From the NCBI GenBank assembly GCA_030704615.1, contig CM060731.1, positions 45,508,001 to 45,572,000 of the forward strand: 64,000 bases of DNA, given 5' to 3'. Numbering within the stretch: position 1 is the first letter of the stretch; every line of letters starts with the position of its first letter. The DNA comes from Takakia lepidozioides. Lineage: Eukaryota > Plantae > Bryophyta. The translations under genes were made by a program, and so were the position numbers. Under the pieces are notes generated by a model. That model searched no databases, was not told the origin of the DNA, and saw only the letters and a list, made by a program, of their open reading frames with translations. Below, in pieces: positions 61,828 to 64,000 of this stretch.

Positions 61828-64000
61828 ATGGGGGATGCTTGTGCAAAGGGTGGAGCAGACTGGTTGCATTTCATGCACAAGTCCAGGCTAAAGGAGCGAA
61901 GGTACTGGTACTCACCTGAGGAGTATGATGCGAAAATAGTCGAAGCATTCTTAGACCTCCGCGCAATCAAGCCTGCAGACTCCAACTGGCAGAAGGATAA
62001 GCTCCATTGTCCCTTCTGTAGTGAAATTATCAAGGACAAAGTGCAGCTAAACCGCCATTGTGTTGACACGGGTTGCAAAAACAAGCGCTATATCCCACCT
62101 GGCTTCAAGCCGTGGCCAGTTCAAAGTTCAATGAGGGTGGTGAATGCGGCCACCGCCAGACTCCGTGGCGCAAACCCAAAGGCCCGCACTTTGGCGGAGG
62201 TGCGCGCACGGTATGGGGTGGGTTCGGATGTTTCAATGCAAGATGTGCATGACCTGACATCGCCATCGCTGTGGCTCCCAGAAAAAGGAAACTTAGTGAT
62301 GGGGCCCAGAAGAAGAAAGAGAAAAGGCTGCAAGGTCTGCTCGGGAGGCGAGGGCGAAATCTCAACAGCAGACTCGTCCCCAAGGCAGTCGGGAAGTGTC
62401 ACGGGCTGTGCCAGGGAGACGGTCTGCGCAGCAGACGCAGACCATCAGTACTTCGAGTGAGAGCCAGTCTGCTGAGCCGTCTGCAGACATCATTCGGAAT
62501 GATGAATTCACAGGTCTGGGAGGTGTCTCATCTCCCGTCGACATTGTCTTGCCTGACCAATCAAGGGTTCACGTGGACGAAGTCCAGTCGAAAGAGACTA
62601 CCAGTGGAGTCTGTCCTGGAACATTGCGCCTCATACCATTTGGGCTTCTCCCATCGGTGTGCGGTGATTCATTTTTTTTCGCCCAGTCCGGACAGCTCAG
62701 CAGAACCATCCGAGCAGCGGAGGAAAATTGGTTGAGCTCCCTTGAAGATGAGGAGGACGTCTGTGTCGACGACGTTGATGAGGTAATGCCCAGTCTGTCC
62801 CCACAATTGGTGTCTGTTGTCATAGAGTCTGCTGGTTCAGTCTACCTGCTCAGTCTGCTGCGTCAGTCTGCTTGTGGACTTGTTGGTCAGTCCCATGCTT
62901 GTGGACTTGCTGGTCAGTCCCCTACTTGTGGACTTGCTCGTCAGTCCCTGGAGTCCGCTGGTTCCTTTGTTCTGTGCCACGATGCTGGTGAGTCTGCTGG
63001 TGAGTCTGCTAGTGAGTCCGATGCTGAGTTTTTGGGTTTTCTGTCATATACCAAGATGAACGAGCCAGTATTCGGGAGGCCTTGTGTGCTTGGCGGACGG
63101 TGAGCTCCGACCCTCATTTAGCAGTGAATGCGGTGCGCCGGGAAGTGGAGCGGGTGCGGGAGTACATCTTGTTTAAGTACCCTGGCTCAGCAGACGCCAT
63201 AGCAGCACTGGACTCTGCAGACAAAGCACTCGCCAACTCCCCGGTCAACACCATACTCACTGCAGACTCGGTGGACACAGACCTCACCCGATCTGGCATC
63301 CAGCAGACTCTTGCCCAATAGACTCTTTCCCACCAGACTCACAGTCAGCGCAGTCTTGTCCAGCACACTCCCATGTACCAGACTCTCGTCCAGCATACTC
63401 CCATCCAGCAGACTACTTTGCAGACTCCCAGCCCGCAGACTGCTATTCAGGAGACTCCCAACTAGCAGACTGCCACCCAGAAGACGCCCATCCACCACAC
63501 TACTGTCCAGCGGACTCCCAGCTAGCAGACTCTCATTGTCACGACCACCACGGGACTTTTTGGAGTTTGGCGCTCGCCATTGCCGCTCATTGATCCCGAA
63601 GTTGTGGACCTGACACTTGCCCGTCTGAGGGTGGGGGAAGTCAATGCCAATGTGGATTGGTATAATGAGCTCCATCGCATTGTCACGGACGGCCAGTGGC
63701 CTTTTGTTCCCTTTCATTATTCCATGGAATTTTACAGAAGCGAATGAAGTCCTCGAAAGCGCACATTATGTGGCCCTGGCAGCCACGAAGGTCCAAAATG
63801 CCCCGCCACTGCTTGTCCAATTAATCCTCATGGATGACCCACGGCCTCAGGAACTCAGACATATGCCCATGGCACATCCACCTTTGGGGTGCGGGGAAAG
63901 CACTTGCTTGGAATTACTGAAGAGTACTTTGATCGCATTGCTAATTCTTTCCTTCACCATCGATGGATGCAGTTCGGCAATTTCCGTTCATACAGTAAAT
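61828..64000 (+). pseudogene. Decayed ORF(s) of the host element: C2HC-type zinc finger followed by a Gln/Thr 5-residue repeat
   Basis: LHCPFCSEIIKDKVQLNRHCVDTGC. A 15-bp CAGACT.. repeat at 63300-63535 reads QQTLAQ*TLSHQTHSQ...QTP with TAG stops. Confidence 0.5.

Larger units (their letters stand above)
48527..64000 (+). mobile_element. Unclassified CAGTCTG-rich host element interrupted by the MULE and running off the window
   Basis: Abrupt AT-to-GC switch at ~48527. CAGTC(C/T)GC microrepeats at 48660-48850 and 60570-63030. Joining 49663 to 60542 restores a repeat unit also seen at ~61153 and ~61361. Confidence 0.55.

Overview
Eukaryotic land-plant nuclear DNA, probably from a non-seed plant (inferred from intron-rich genes and PLS-type PPR remnants). 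The first ~17 kb is compact gene space with two head-to-head pairs (U2A' / APD-type RING E3 ligase and Nudix hydrolase 1 / SRP19) plus a cpFBPase II. From ~17.5 kb on it is a nested transposon stack: probable tandem Helitrons, a LINE split by Pack-CACTA elements carrying PPR, LRR-RLK, EF-Tu and methyltransferase gene fragments, MITEs, and a CACTA transposase remnant. Two elements stand out because each carries its own DNA methyltransferase-like sequence. (1) A 10.9-kb Mutator-like DNA transposon (49664-60532; TIRs and 9-bp TSD CCACGGCAT) encodes a WRKY/GCM1-DDE-SWIM transposase. Divergent from it is a spliced gene with a ParB-like N-terminal domain and a prokaryote-type beta-class N4C/N6A amino-methyltransferase domain, and the element contains ~16 copies of a 22-bp palindrome. 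(2) A 9.8-kb Ty3/Gypsy element (36191-46017) has a C5-cytosine methyltransferase between protease and RT, a PHD finger after integrase, an apparent self-priming PBS, and circularly permuted (split) LTRs opened at a GACA-GC-TGTC palindrome. Both copies show reading-frame damage. All calls are by-eye motif recognition; no database search was run.
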